The notes: generated from the sequence alone by a model not told the origin. Positions 38,911-48,610 are shown, counted from the first letter of the stretch. The stretch is DNA of 64,000 bases from an uncultured Candidatus Saccharibacteria bacterium (GCA_964428845.1 CAYRZH010000004.1:3228-67227), one strand, 5' to 3'. Translations and numbers: made by a program.

Positions 38911-39937
38911 TAATTATCCCAGTGCCATCCAGTGTTTCCAAAAGAAACTTAACCTCCTCTTGTAACTTTTTGGCATTTCCGTGTTTTAAAAGCCCCAAAT
39001 AAGATTGGACCGTTTCATGATTGCCATTCTTTACCTTAATACCACGGAACATTCTTTTTTTTGTTGTAGTGCGTATAACCCTATGGTCTGTAAAGTGGAC
39101 CCAACCTAAAAAATCAACCCCCGAAGCAACAGTGTTTATAGATATTTTATTCGGGTGAAGTTCCAAGTGTAATTTGGACCAAAGAAAATCGCTTATGTTT
39201 GGCACAATACTTTCAAGCCACTTTTTATCCTTTGAAAAAATCACGAAATCGTCGGCATAACGAATATAATGTTTCGCCTTAATTTTATGCTTCACAAACT
39301 GGTCAAATCTATTCATATAGATATTCACAAAAAGTTGAGATGTTAAATTACCCAAAGGAAGGCCAACTCCTTCTGCTGTTGAATGAAAACTGCCGACAAC
39401 TTCTGATATAAGCCATTGAATATCAATATCTAATATGTGATTTTTAATGATTTCGATAAGTACAGAGTGGTCAATGCTCGCAAAGAACTTTCGTATATCA
39501 CATTTTAAAACCCACACAGTCTTAATGTGATTTTCTGATACTTCATATGAAAAATCACGGAATGCATTGAGTGCTTTGTGCATACCCTTACCTAGCCTGC
39601 ATGAATAGGAATGTGCAGTAAAAGTTTTATCGAAAAATGGGTAGAGTATCCGATATATAGCGTGATGAAGTAGTCTGTCTCTTACTTTTGCTTTATGTAT
39701 ATTTCTTGGCTTTGGGTCAGATATATTAAACGCTTGATATGGAGAATGTTTATATCCTTTGCTTGCAAGGTCTTTGTGGAGTGTGATGATATTTTGCATT
39801 AGATTTCGCTCAAACTCTTGCACGTCTTTTCTATACCGTTTTCCGCAAACAAATTCACCCCACGCCTCGAGTAGATTTTCGATGGATATTATATTGCTGT
39901 ATTGGTGAGTTAGTGTTATCTTCTTCATGCAATGCAA
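38903..39937 (-). CDS. diversity-generating retroelement (DGR) reverse transcriptase
   Basis: RT motifs including YADDFVIFS. From memory of DGR RT sequences, GLPLGNLTSQLFVNIYMNRFD matches the [IVL]GxxxSQ variant of motif 4 that replaces QGxxSP in this clade. SYSCRLGKGMHKA lies N-terminal to it. 344 aa. Confidence 0.85.
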   Translation of the reverse strand: MHCMKKITLTHQYSNIISIENLLEAWGEFVCGKRYRKDVQEFERNLMQNIITLHKDLASKGYKHSPYQAFNISDPKPRNIHKAKVRDRLLHHAIYRILYPFFDKTFTAHSYSCRLGKGMHKALNAFRDFSYEVSENHIKTVWVLKCDIRKFFASIDHSVLIEIIKNHILDIDIQWLISEVVGSFHSTAEGVGLPLGNLTSQLFVNIYMNRFDQFVKHKIKAKHYIRYADDFVIFSKDKKWLESIVPNISDFLWSKLHLELHPNKISINTVASGVDFLGWVHFTDHRVIRTTTKKRMFRGIKVKNGNHETVQSYLGLLKHGNAKKLQEEVKFLLETLDGTGIITK

Positions 39938-39995
39938 ACTATGAAGACCCCCCCAACGGGTTTTACCGCTTTTACAGAGGTTAAAAGAGGTCTAC

Positions 39996-40325
39996 TTGTT
40001 GTGGTATGGATATTACCAAACATTACCGAAGCTACACAGACACTCACTTGGTTATAGAATTGACACTCTTTTCGTTGAAAATATAGAAGCAATATCAATT
40101 GCGAGTTTTTTGTCGAAAGAAGAAAAACATCCGTGGGTTCGACTGGCTATAAGAAAAGTAGACACTCTGAAAATACTTCTAATGGTCTTGTGGGAAACTA
40201 AATCAATAGATAACAAAAAGTATATAGCATTGTCGGTAAAAATAGACGAGATAGGAAAAATGCTTGGCGGTTGGAATGGTCAACTCTCTAAACAAAACTC
40301 TCCCATAAAAGTGGGAGAGAAATGA
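39996..40325 (+). CDS. avd: DGR accessory variability determinant (Avd, four-helix-bundle family); encoded on the strand opposite to the RT, TR and target
   Basis: 109-aa basic protein whose pattern ...LGYRIDTLFVENIEAISIA...IDEIGKMLGGW matches the Avd/four-helix-bundle family. Sits between the RT and the TR. Confidence 0.7.
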   Translation: MLWYGYYQTLPKLHRHSLGYRIDTLFVENIEAISIASFLSKEEKHPWVRLAIRKVDTLKILLMVLWETKSIDNKKYIALSVKIDEIGKMLGGWNGQLSKQNSPIKVGEK

Positions 40326-40331
40326 AGTGAT

Positions 40332-40461
40332 TTGCGACGAACGAAAACGAAGCGGTTGTTGCCATTCCAGAAGTTGTCAGGGTTGCCGTTGTTGCCATTG
40401 AGCCAACGCTCATCGTTGTCGTGTTCGACATTGAACACGTTGAGGTTGCCGTTCGAGTCAG
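40332..40461 (-). repeat. DGR template repeat (TR), ~130 nt
   Basis: Aligns base-for-base with the 3' end of the target gene. Minus-strand sense is AAC/AAT-rich (NGNLNVFNVEHDNDERWLNGNNGNPDNFWNGNNRFVFVRRK in the VR frame). Confidence 0.9.
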
Positions 40462-40820
40462 TTTTTGTACAGGGTGTCATCCATGTCACCACCCTTTGAA
40501 TACTCTCGGGGTTGTATCGTATTCGGCATCGTAATGCCCTAACACCCTATACCAAGTATCTTCATTTTTTTGAAGTGTCTACATACACCACTCTATCCAA
40601 AACCATGGTCGTGGATATTCTCGGTGTATGGATACTGGATTCGGTAGCAAGAAACCTTAATCTCTTGCATATTCACCTACTACCGTCCAGTATTGTATCA
40701 AAATATATAAAAAGAAGCCCCACACATTGCTGTGCAGGGCTGGAGTTGTACGCGTATCTCCAAAGCGTGAAGGACCAAGTTCCAAGGGTCCAAAAGACCC
40801 GAGGTCCAGAGGTCCAAGTG

Positions 40821-41444
40821 CTACTTGCGACGAACGAAAACGAAGCGGCCGAAGCCATCCCAGAAGTCGCCAGGGTCGCCGTCGTCGCCATCGAGCCAAC
40901 GCCCAACGTCGTCGCGTCCGACAACGAACACGCTGAGGCTGCCGTCCGAGCCAGCGATGGGCTTCATAGCAACGATGAGCCACTCACCCTTCGGCTGGTC
41001 CGCATACTGCAAACGCAGTTGGGGACCGACTTCTGCAGGACAAGGGTCAAGACCGAGTTTGTCGGCCTTGGCTTGAATGTCCAAGAGAGTTGCTCCGTCC
41101 TCGAAGCCGAGTTCAGCAACAGAAACGTTCACGAGCTCCACGTCCATCGCGGTCTCGCTCGCCGTGAAGGCGGGCTTGCCGAGGATGTCGTTGCCCCAGT
41201 CGCCGATTTTCATTCCCGCCGCCTTGATGGCTTTGCGGAAGTCGTCGGCGGTCTTGAGCCCTGTGCCGAGCTTCAAGGTCTTCCAGACCTTCAAATCGGT
41301 CGTGGCTGACGCAGGCGGACAGAGATTGCTGAGGAACTTCTTGAGGCCCCTCGGGTTATCAATCCATCCCTGCATCACGTTCCCATCCATGTCGGGCAGG
41401 TTTTCCGAGATGCGAGCGATGAGTTTTGCTGTCTGCTTATCCAT
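40821..41444 (-). CDS. DGR variable target protein (207 aa) with C-terminal VR; likely C-type-lectin/FGE-like fold
   Basis: The C-terminal 43 aa are encoded by the VR (..SDGSLSVFVVGRDDVGRWLDGDDGDPGDFWDGFGRFVFVRRK), with a GFGRFV ending resembling a CLec-type VR. Gene GC is elevated. Confidence 0.8.
   Translation of the reverse strand: MDKQTAKLIARISENLPDMDGNVMQGWIDNPRGLKKFLSNLCPPASATTDLKVWKTLKLGTGLKTADDFRKAIKAAGMKIGDWGNDILGKPAFTASETAMDVELVNVSVAELGFEDGATLLDIQAKADKLGLDPCPAEVGPQLRLQYADQPKGEWLIVAMKPIAGSDGSLSVFVVGRDDVGRWLDGDDGDPGDFWDGFGRFVFVRRK
40825..40954 (-). repeat. DGR variable repeat (VR)
   Basis: ~130 nt aligned to the TR. I counted ~24 mismatches by eye, and every one is at a TR adenine on the minus strand; no other position differs. 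The 3' ~25 nt (cgcttcgttttcgttcgtcgcaa) are identical, IMH-like. Hairpin gggtc-tttt-gaccc lies ~25 nt downstream. Confidence 0.9.
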
Positions 41445-41505
41445 GGCGGTTTTTCCTTTCTAAGGTTTTCGCCAGTTTTCGTTTTGCCAGAGGACTCACC
41501 ACATT

Positions 41506-41559
41506 GGTAGTCATAGCCAGAAAACCTCATGTTTTTAAGGGCTTTTGGCTATGACTACC
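41506..41559. promoter_or_regulatory. 13-bp perfect inverted repeat with a 28-nt spacer, upstream of the DGR target gene
   Basis: ggtagtcatagcc ... ggctatgactacc, ~60 nt upstream of the target start on the minus strand. Confidence 0.3.
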
Positions 41560-41599
41560 TTGCAAGTAACACTATCAAAGAACTGGGCTTAGTATACAC

Positions 41600-41791
41600 T
41601 TAAAATATACTTCTGTCAATATCAACAAATAGCGCTACTTTTCTCGGTGTTTTTTTTCGTTTATTATCTTCAAAATAAAAGTCTAGAATGAGTTCGGCCA
41701 TGCCATATAGGGATTCTCTGATTTTTAGCACTTCCTCATCGGTTAGAGTTTCGTCATTCAACAATTCCCTGCATTTTTCTACTGAAAGCAT
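41600..41791 (-). CDS. hypothetical small protein
   Basis: 63-aa ORF, acidic/helical. No homology recognised. Confidence 0.3.
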   Translation of the reverse strand: MLSVEKCRELLNDETLTDEEVLKIRESLYGMAELILDFYFEDNKRKKTPRKVALFVDIDRSIF

Positions 41792-41823
41792 AGTAATTTT
41801 GATTTACCCCACCCTGCTCACCA

Positions 41824-42315
41824 CTATTGTTTCAAAATGGTATTTATCTTTTCCAAAAGCTCGCTTGTGCTGAATCGTCCATGATTTTCTAATCTCAATA
41901 ACGGTAACCCCGCATTTTTAAGCACTCGTTCGACCTCACCATCTCGGTCTTTGCGGTCTTGTCTCTCGTGCGTTCGGTCATCAAGTTCTATTGCAAGCTT
42001 TGGTGAGATATATGCTTTATCACACAAAACAAAATCTACTGATTTTTGGCTTATATGTCGAAATGCTCCCTTCCAGTTTTGACCAACTACTTTGTTGTCT
42101 ATAATTGAAGGAAGGTGAACCTGTGGAAAAACGTGATATTTTTCTCCCACAGCGACAACCAGAGCGTTATAGCATTCATGTTCTGCCCGAGACATAAAAA
42201 AGTTCTTTTGTTTGTACTGATATTTTTTTGGCTCATCTCTTCCACCACGAAAAATCCCAAGAATAATAATCGCTACTACCATGACCACGACAATTATAAT
42301 GATTGGACCTAACAT
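41824..42315 (-). CDS. membrane-anchored DUF2726-like (restriction-endonuclease-fold) protein
   Basis: N-terminal TM segment followed by a ~130-aa domain resembling DUF2726/NERD-type nuclease-fold proteins (VDFVL...ELDDRTHER). Confidence 0.4.
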   Translation of the reverse strand: MLGPIIIIVVVMVVAIIILGIFRGGRDEPKKYQYKQKNFFMSRAEHECYNALVVAVGEKYHVFPQVHLPSIIDNKVVGQNWKGAFRHISQKSVDFVLCDKAYISPKLAIELDDRTHERQDRKDRDGEVERVLKNAGLPLLRLENHGRFSTSELLEKINTILKQ

Positions 42316-42324
42316 GAAGACATT

Positions 42325-42855
42325 CTAGCTTATTTTACTATTTACTATTCCAAGCTCAACAAATCGCTTTTTCATAAAGGCATCTCGCTCTTTGTTTATT
42401 TCGTCATTATTTTTACCAGAAAACTTCATTTTCCCAGCTTCCATGTATACGGGGTAACGTTTTATATAACCTTTTGGATTATTCAGATAACCTATATAGC
42501 ATTCGAGTAGTTCATCGAAAACAACGTAGGCAGTAACAATGAAATCCACCGCCCCTAAAGCAAGTCCTTTCTTCATTTCTTCCTCCTGACTAAAATTACT
42601 CAAAAATATTACTGGTATATCTCTAGTTCTCGAGTCAGCTTTGAGCATTGTGATGGCCTCATACCCAGTAATTTTTGGCATTAGAATATCTAAAGAAATT
42701 AAGTCTGGTTTTATCTTTACAACTTGATTAACGAAATCTGGGTCTGGAATGTTAATTACCTCTGCATCCATTCCAGCATTTCTAAAACTTTTTAAGAACA
42801 AATCGGTTAAGAATTTATCGTCATCTACAATAAGAATTTTATATTTTTTGTTCAT
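42325..42855 (-). CDS. stand-alone receiver (REC) domain protein with a short C-terminal extension
   Basis: ILIVDDD...phospho-acceptor Asp (ISLDILMP)...conserved Lys. No DNA-binding output domain. Confidence 0.65.
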   Translation of the reverse strand: MNKKYKILIVDDDKFLTDLFLKSFRNAGMDAEVINIPDPDFVNQVVKIKPDLISLDILMPKITGYEAITMLKADSRTRDIPVIFLSNFSQEEEMKKGLALGAVDFIVTAYVVFDELLECYIGYLNNPKGYIKRYPVYMEAGKMKFSGKNNDEINKERDAFMKKRFVELGIVNSKIS

Positions 42856-42862
42856 AGTAATT

Positions 42863-43354
42863 TTAATTATTATTTATCTCTGCATTAAAATGCTTATCTG
42901 GGTGTTTTGCAAGCATCTCTTTGAGTTTATTGAAATTAGCATATTCATCTAAATTAAGGGGTGGCATCATAGGGCACCGATGATTTTTATCCCCTTCACA
43001 AGGATTGATTACAGCGTCTTTTGCCACACCATCAACAATTACGGTCTTACGCACAAAATCCCATGTCGCTTGGTCTAAAATCTCCATAATAAAAAATGGT
43101 CCCTCTGCTGGAAAATCGCTTCTGTTATCCTTCTTTAATTCTCCTTCAAGATTTACGAGATACCAATTCGCAAACAGGACTTCGTTGAAGATGGCCAAAT
43201 GGAAATCTCCTATAAGCATCTGTGCCGTCTTGGTTCTATATTTGAAAGTAATGTAGCTATCTTCCCCAGATGGAAACTTTCTCACTAAAACAAAAACACC
43301 ACGTTTGTATCCTGTAACGGTCGTATCGGTTGTTTTTTGGTTCTTTATTTCCAT
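42863..43354 (-). CDS. hypothetical protein
   Basis: 163-aa ORF. No recognisable motif. Confidence 0.35.
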   Translation of the reverse strand: MEIKNQKTTDTTVTGYKRGVFVLVRKFPSGEDSYITFKYRTKTAQMLIGDFHLAIFNEVLFANWYLVNLEGELKKDNRSDFPAEGPFFIMEILDQATWDFVRKTVIVDGVAKDAVINPCEGDKNHRCPMMPPLNLDEYANFNKLKEMLAKHPDKHFNAEINNN

Positions 43355-46038
43355 TATTTTTTGTATAGTCTCACAACTTCACCAAAGTTCTTTGCTTTAT
43401 TATCATTCCACTCTTCCTGTCTTATATATAAAGCTTTATAGGTCATCCTGCTCTGCCGATTATTTACATCCTCACACCACAGGACCAATCTTTCAAACTT
43501 AAGTTTGTCATCTTCTCCTTCTCTCCCCTTGGTCTCAATAATAAATACATTTTTATCGTCTTGCTTTACGAAAAAATCAGGGTAATAAGTGGCTATAAAA
43601 CCTTCTTCGTTTTTATATTCTATTCGGAGAGCATTTGCTTCTTTGTTTTTGAAATTCTTAGCAAACGAAACAATATCATCACACTTCTCAAGAAAATCCG
43701 AAAAGGTGAGCTCAAAATCACTATCACCGACAATCTTATTGAATACTGACTTCTTAGGTATTAGGTATGACTTATCATTCACTACGAACGGTCTGGCATC
43801 GCTAATCTTTATATAATTCCTTATTTCGGCATCACCTTTATCTTCGACCGTAAGCTCGTTGATACCTTTCTTAAATACATCCTTTATCAGCTTTATATAC
43901 TCAACTTCGGAGAGGTTCCTTAGAATGTTGAGGTCTGAAAGATTTATAGGGTCGTCAAACATATACTCCTCAACGAAGTCTTTGACCTTCCCGAACAAAA
44001 TGTCGTAGCAACCGAACAATCTCAATTCTCTCATTATGGCTTGAGCAAAGAATCCAACAACACTCTGATAATTGGGCTCAATGTCTCCAGACAAGATGGT
44101 TGTATGGTGCACTTTCTCATCTACAACATCTTTGAAAACTATTTCTCTTTTTTCCTGTTCAGTGAAAGTCTTAATTTTAACTTTCTTATTTCCAAACCTA
44201 GAAACATCCAATTCAGCTAAATTCTTATACTCTCTTTGTATCCTTGGAGACAACACAGGAATTTCAATATCAAGTTTTTCTATGTCTTTTTTAGGATTTT
44301 CTTTATCAACTTCTACGACCATTGGAGTAATCGGCTTAGTTCCTCTACCCATCAACCGCTTCTCAAGCAATACACCTTCACCCCTAATAGACTCAACAAA
44401 GTCCATAAATGCTGGCGTTCCGATAACACTCACATATTCTTCAACATCCTCTCTTCCAAAGAACATTCTTCTCAAGCCTCGGCCAAGTGTCTGTTCTGGC
44501 AATATTTTAGAGTCTGCGGCATAGGGGCGTAGTCCCACAATTGTAGTAACATTTTTCACATCCCAGCCTTCCTTGAGCATCATCACTGAAACGATGACCT
44601 TGAATGGGCTCTCCCAGCTATCTATGTTGTTGGCTTGTTTTCTTAACACCTCCAGTTCTTCCTTGTTTCTTCCAGAAACATTTTCTGAAATTTCACCGCT
44701 TTTGTTTGTGTGTATGGTCAGGACCGCACCTTTTAGGTCTGCGAAACTCGTCTGAATATACTCAGCCACTTCATCACAATTCTGCGTATCATCAGTCATT
44801 ATGAAAAGGATTGATTTCTTGCCAGCAGGTTCAAGTTCTTTGTATGTTTTTCTCCACTCTTCAATACCAAGATTTATATAGTCTCTATACTTTTCACTAA
44901 ACAAGGTACTCTGATTTGGTTTCAATTTCCCTCGGCTCGCCTCATCAGGAACAACAGGTGTTTTAACTATTCTCTGATGAATTGCCTCCACTAGAGGATA
45001 GTCAGAAATTGTCTGCACAAATATGGACCCATCATTTTTCTTAGGAGTAGCTGTAACATCAAGTTGCAACGATAATTTTGTACCCTTTTGCTTCAGTTTA
45101 TTATCTATATCTCTTATAGATTTTAACCAAGCATTTTCTTCGTGAATATGGTGAGCCTCATCATTTATAACAACCAATTCATCAATATCTCTTACTATCA
45201 TTCCCAAATCAACTGTTGAGTCGCTAGTTTTTGTTACTGGTTTGTCACCCAAGAAATAGTCCGAGGCATCAGAGTCGTCGGCACTTGCCTCTCTAACATC
45301 ACTTTCAAAAACTCTATGAATGTTGGTTAGAAAAATATTGCCCGTGTCAGAAATTCCCCTTAGGTCGTCTTGGAGGTGTAAGGTTATTTGAAAATCATCT
45401 TTCCAATTCTGTCCTTGGTAACCGTTGTCTGGTAATACTGGGTCTGTAAAAAATATCTTCAATCCTTCAAAGTCATTTCTAATCCTTTCAAAAACAATAA
45501 CATTGGGTGTTATAAGAAGAAAATTTTTTGCCAAGCTTGAATTTGGTTCATACAATTTATGAAAATACGCCCAAGCGACAAGTAAACTCATTATTTTGGT
45601 CTTACCTGCACCAGTAGCCATTTTGATAACAAACCGAAGCCAGTCTTCTGTGAACATTCCAGCACTCAATACACCTGTAGAGTTATATCTAATTAAGTCG
45701 TGTTTATCTTTGACTTTAGCAACCTCATAGAGCCATATAACGGTCTCTATGGCTTCTCTTTGAGCAAAGTAGTAACGAAATGTATAAGTGGACCCATCCT
45801 TGTCATAGAGAATATGCTCGTCCTTAAACCACCAATTCAGAAGAGTCTTTGAGGTATCGCTTGCTCCTTCATAATTTTTATCTCGCCAACCTTGGACCTT
45901 TTTTCTTAAGTCTGCAACTAGAGGTGGCAGAAGTTTGTCGTAACCCTTCTCTCTCAAGTCCTCGTCAGCAGGGAACCATCTGATAGCTGGGTCCAGAATT
46001 GCATATGGGTCACGTGGAAAATTTTTATGCAGTGCCAT
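43354..46038 (-). CDS. res: type III restriction enzyme Res subunit (SF2 helicase + endonuclease)
   Basis: Helicase motif I ATGAGKT, motif II DEAHH and further SF2 motifs. 894 aa. Immediately downstream of the mod gene. Confidence 0.8.
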   Translation of the reverse strand: MALHKNFPRDPYAILDPAIRWFPADEDLREKGYDKLLPPLVADLRKKVQGWRDKNYEGASDTSKTLLNWWFKDEHILYDKDGSTYTFRYYFAQREAIETVIWLYEVAKVKDKHDLIRYNSTGVLSAGMFTEDWLRFVIKMATGAGKTKIMSLLVAWAYFHKLYEPNSSLAKNFLLITPNVIVFERIRNDFEGLKIFFTDPVLPDNGYQGQNWKDDFQITLHLQDDLRGISDTGNIFLTNIHRVFESDVREASADDSDASDYFLGDKPVTKTSDSTVDLGMIVRDIDELVVINDEAHHIHEENAWLKSIRDIDNKLKQKGTKLSLQLDVTATPKKNDGSIFVQTISDYPLVEAIHQRIVKTPVVPDEASRGKLKPNQSTLFSEKYRDYINLGIEEWRKTYKELEPAGKKSILFIMTDDTQNCDEVAEYIQTSFADLKGAVLTIHTNKSGEISENVSGRNKEELEVLRKQANNIDSWESPFKVIVSVMMLKEGWDVKNVTTIVGLRPYAADSKILPEQTLGRGLRRMFFGREDVEEYVSVIGTPAFMDFVESIRGEGVLLEKRLMGRGTKPITPMVVEVDKENPKKDIEKLDIEIPVLSPRIQREYKNLAELDVSRFGNKKVKIKTFTEQEKREIVFKDVVDEKVHHTTILSGDIEPNYQSVVGFFAQAIMRELRLFGCYDILFGKVKDFVEEYMFDDPINLSDLNILRNLSEVEYIKLIKDVFKKGINELTVEDKGDAEIRNYIKISDARPFVVNDKSYLIPKKSVFNKIVGDSDFELTFSDFLEKCDDIVSFAKNFKNKEANALRIEYKNEEGFIATYYPDFFVKQDDKNVFIIETKGREGEDDKLKFERLVLWCEDVNNRQSRMTYKALYIRQEEWNDNKAKNFGEVVRLYKK

Positions 46039-46039
46039 A

Positions 46040-48217
46040 TTAAATTTTGACTTCTATTACTCTGGTAGTGTCATTGCCAAAAATATCCACAACTTTCACT
46101 GCTACTTTATATGTCCCCTTCGGCATTTCCCTTGAACCAGAAACCAGCTCAAGGTTCCTGTTCTTTTTTGTTCTAAAACTTTGCCATTCATTATCAAAGA
46201 TATAGTCTCCAGTCCAAATCTCTTTTTCCTTGCCATCCTTGACTACTCTTACAATTTCCTTGCGGTCCGCAAAGTTAAAATCCACAGCCCAATAATCAAC
46301 CCAGTCACTCCATTTTTTAGTCAAAATTTCCCTTGAAACAAGTTCTGTTTTCTTGTCTTTACTTATTTTGATTACCTGACCATTTTCAATAACAATCTTA
46401 GAGCCCCCAGCCCGTAAATCTTCCTCAATTTCACCCGTATTGTCTTGGTTGTAAAAAACTGAAAAATCAGACAGTTCGATAGAAAGTTCTTTATTATTTC
46501 CTTTGCCTTTTACTATTGGTTTAACTTCAATATATGCAACATCATAAAATTTCACTTGGCCCTTTTCTACTGCTCTCTTATCAAATACTTCCCTCGGAAT
46601 TATCTTAAAAACAATGTCCAGCCCATCATCTTTGTATTCTTGAAAATCAAGACCCATCTCATAATCAAATCCGAGCACATCAATCTTCGTAATACCCTTC
46701 GTCTTACATTCTTTAGCAATACTTTTTATAAGTTGGTGGGATACAGGTAGATTTACAGGACCAACCGCTACTAACCTATCCCTCTTCTTTCCTGTGATAG
46801 TAGTAAATGATTCAATGGGTTCAGCTTTATATGCAGAAAGAATTAAGCTAATAAATTCCTTCTCTTTCCTCTCTGCTTGCTTTGCTTTCTGTTCAGCACG
46901 AAGGTCAGTGTTTATTGAGAGGAAATTTTCCCGTTCATATCTACCTACGTTCAAAATCTCAAACGCCCTAAAGTTCTTTTTTTCTTTCTTAAGTTGTCTC
47001 TGAACATCTATCAACCTCTTTCTTGATGTGTGTATCCCAAACTTTCCAAGGTCGGTCCCTATCCATTTTCTACCAAGTTTTTCGGCAACAGCTAGGGTGG
47101 TCCCCGAACCACAGAAGAAATCAGCCACCAAATCTCCTTCTTTTGAAGATGCTTCCACAATTCTTCTTAGTAATGCTTCTGATTTTTGTGTCGGGTAATC
47201 AATGTTTTCTGGTGATTTTGGGTCTACTTTTTTTATATACCAACTTGAACCAACAACAGCTCCTTTTACATCAAAAATAACGTCATCGTCTCTCGGCTCT
47301 CTTTTATTGTCTTTAATAAACCTATCTAAGTAAGTAGTAAATCTAATATCATCTTTTGGATAGTATTTACCGTATATTTTATTTTCAACAAGATATTTTC
47401 CCCACCTCTTAAAATTAACCTGTTCTTCCGAATTATCCTCGTGTTGCCGATTAAAAAAATCGTTATTACTTTTTTTATAAAAGAGAATTAAATTATGCCG
47501 CCTTGGAAAATATGTTTTTGGTTCAACCCACGAACCCTGATAAGACCAAACGATTTCATTACGATAAGAATCTTTACCAAAAATCTCGTCCATAATCAAT
47601 CGCATATAGCTATTAACTCTGTGGTCACAATGCACATAAATACTTCCGTCTTCTGCAAGCAAATCGTGCATCAATTTCAATCGCTCATAAATCATCGCTA
47701 TAAAACTATCTGCACCTTTGCCCCAAGTGTCACGATAAGCAATTTCTTCTATAACGGATGGCTTTTTAGTGAAATTTTCTTCGTCATCACCCTCACCAAT
47801 CTTAATATCCATAGAAAAATCGGCTCCAACGTCAAAAGGTGGGTCAATGTAAATCAATTTTAAACCTCCTTGTGCATCTATTTCTTTTCTAAGAGGACCG
47901 TTCTTAAGCGAGGAGAGAATGAGCTTGTTATCTCCCCAAATAAGTTTGTTGGTCCAGCCAGTGATTTGTCTTCCCTCAGTATCAAAAAGTGAATCCTGCA
48001 ATCCAATCTTTCCTTCGCTTCTGGGTTCATCTATCTGTTCTATTGTTTGAAATGGCAAGACGACATTCGTAACTTCATTTGTTTTTCCATTCCATAAAAG
48101 CTCTACATCTCTGTCATCTTTGAATAGTAAAAAGCGATACTTATCTGGCAGTGGTTTCCCAGCCTCCAAGTATTTCATCACGTCTCGTTTTTCATTGTCG
48201 GATAGGTGTAGAGGCAT
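46040..48217 (-). CDS. mod: type III R-M Mod DNA methyltransferase (N6-adenine/N4-cytosine, beta class)
   Basis: DPPF catalytic motif ([10 protein letters not shown]) precedes the AdoMet motif FFCGSGTT (permuted order). 725 aa. Confidence 0.8.
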   Translation of the reverse strand: MPLHLSDNEKRDVMKYLEAGKPLPDKYRFLLFKDDRDVELLWNGKTNEVTNVVLPFQTIEQIDEPRSEGKIGLQDSLFDTEGRQITGWTNKLIWGDNKLILSSLKNGPLRKEIDAQGGLKLIYIDPPFDVGADFSMDIKIGEGDDEENFTKKPSVIEEIAYRDTWGKGADSFIAMIYERLKLMHDLLAEDGSIYVHCDHRVNSYMRLIMDEIFGKDSYRNEIVWSYQGSWVEPKTYFPRRHNLILFYKKSNNDFFNRQHEDNSEEQVNFKRWGKYLVENKIYGKYYPKDDIRFTTYLDRFIKDNKREPRDDDVIFDVKGAVVGSSWYIKKVDPKSPENIDYPTQKSEALLRRIVEASSKEGDLVADFFCGSGTTLAVAEKLGRKWIGTDLGKFGIHTSRKRLIDVQRQLKKEKKNFRAFEILNVGRYERENFLSINTDLRAEQKAKQAERKEKEFISLILSAYKAEPIESFTTITGKKRDRLVAVGPVNLPVSHQLIKSIAKECKTKGITKIDVLGFDYEMGLDFQEYKDDGLDIVFKIIPREVFDKRAVEKGQVKFYDVAYIEVKPIVKGKGNNKELSIELSDFSVFYNQDNTGEIEEDLRAGGSKIVIENGQVIKISKDKKTELVSREILTKKWSDWVDYWAVDFNFADRKEIVRVVKDGKEKEIWTGDYIFDNEWQSFRTKKNRNLELVSGSREMPKGTYKVAVKVVDIFGNDTTRVIEVKI

Positions 48218-48312
48218 GGATGACTATAAGTATCCTCAAAATAAATATATCACTTTGAGGGTGATACTGATAGTCCGTCGCCTTATAGGCATCATAGCTC
48301 TAGGCTTAAGGT

Positions 48313-48534
48313 GTGAAAAAACGAAGTGAAAATCTAAATAAGCTAGGGAAAAGAATTATTGAGTTACGTCATCATAAGGGCTTCTCCTCTCAAATTGCTT
48401 TAGCTAATAAGGCAGGGATGGACCGTACCTATATCGGTGGTATTGAACGTGGAGAAAGAAACCCGACTTTTGAAGTGCTTGAAAAGTTAGCGAGGGCAAT
48501 CGGGGTCAGCATGGAAGAACTATTTAGGTTCTAA
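48313..48534 (+). CDS. XRE-family helix-turn-helix regulator
   Basis: 73 aa. LGKRIIELRHHKGFSSQIALANKAGMDRTYIGGIERGERNPTFEVLEKLARAIGVSMEEL matches the Cro/C1-type HTH. Confidence 0.8.
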   Translation: MKKRSENLNKLGKRIIELRHHKGFSSQIALANKAGMDRTYIGGIERGERNPTFEVLEKLARAIGVSMEELFRF

Positions 48535-48610
48535 CTACAATATAGATTTGCGGACATGAGGTTGAAAAAACTCCAAAATAGGAGTAGATTTGGCGTAAAT
48601 TACAATTACA

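Noticed and set aside
40512-41309. 265-aa plus-strand ORF opposite the DGR target gene, and overlapping Arg-rich ORFs at 40657-40983 and 40727-40936
   Set aside because: These are antisense to a well-supported gene whose 3' end is the VR. Their composition is driven by the GC-rich sense strand.
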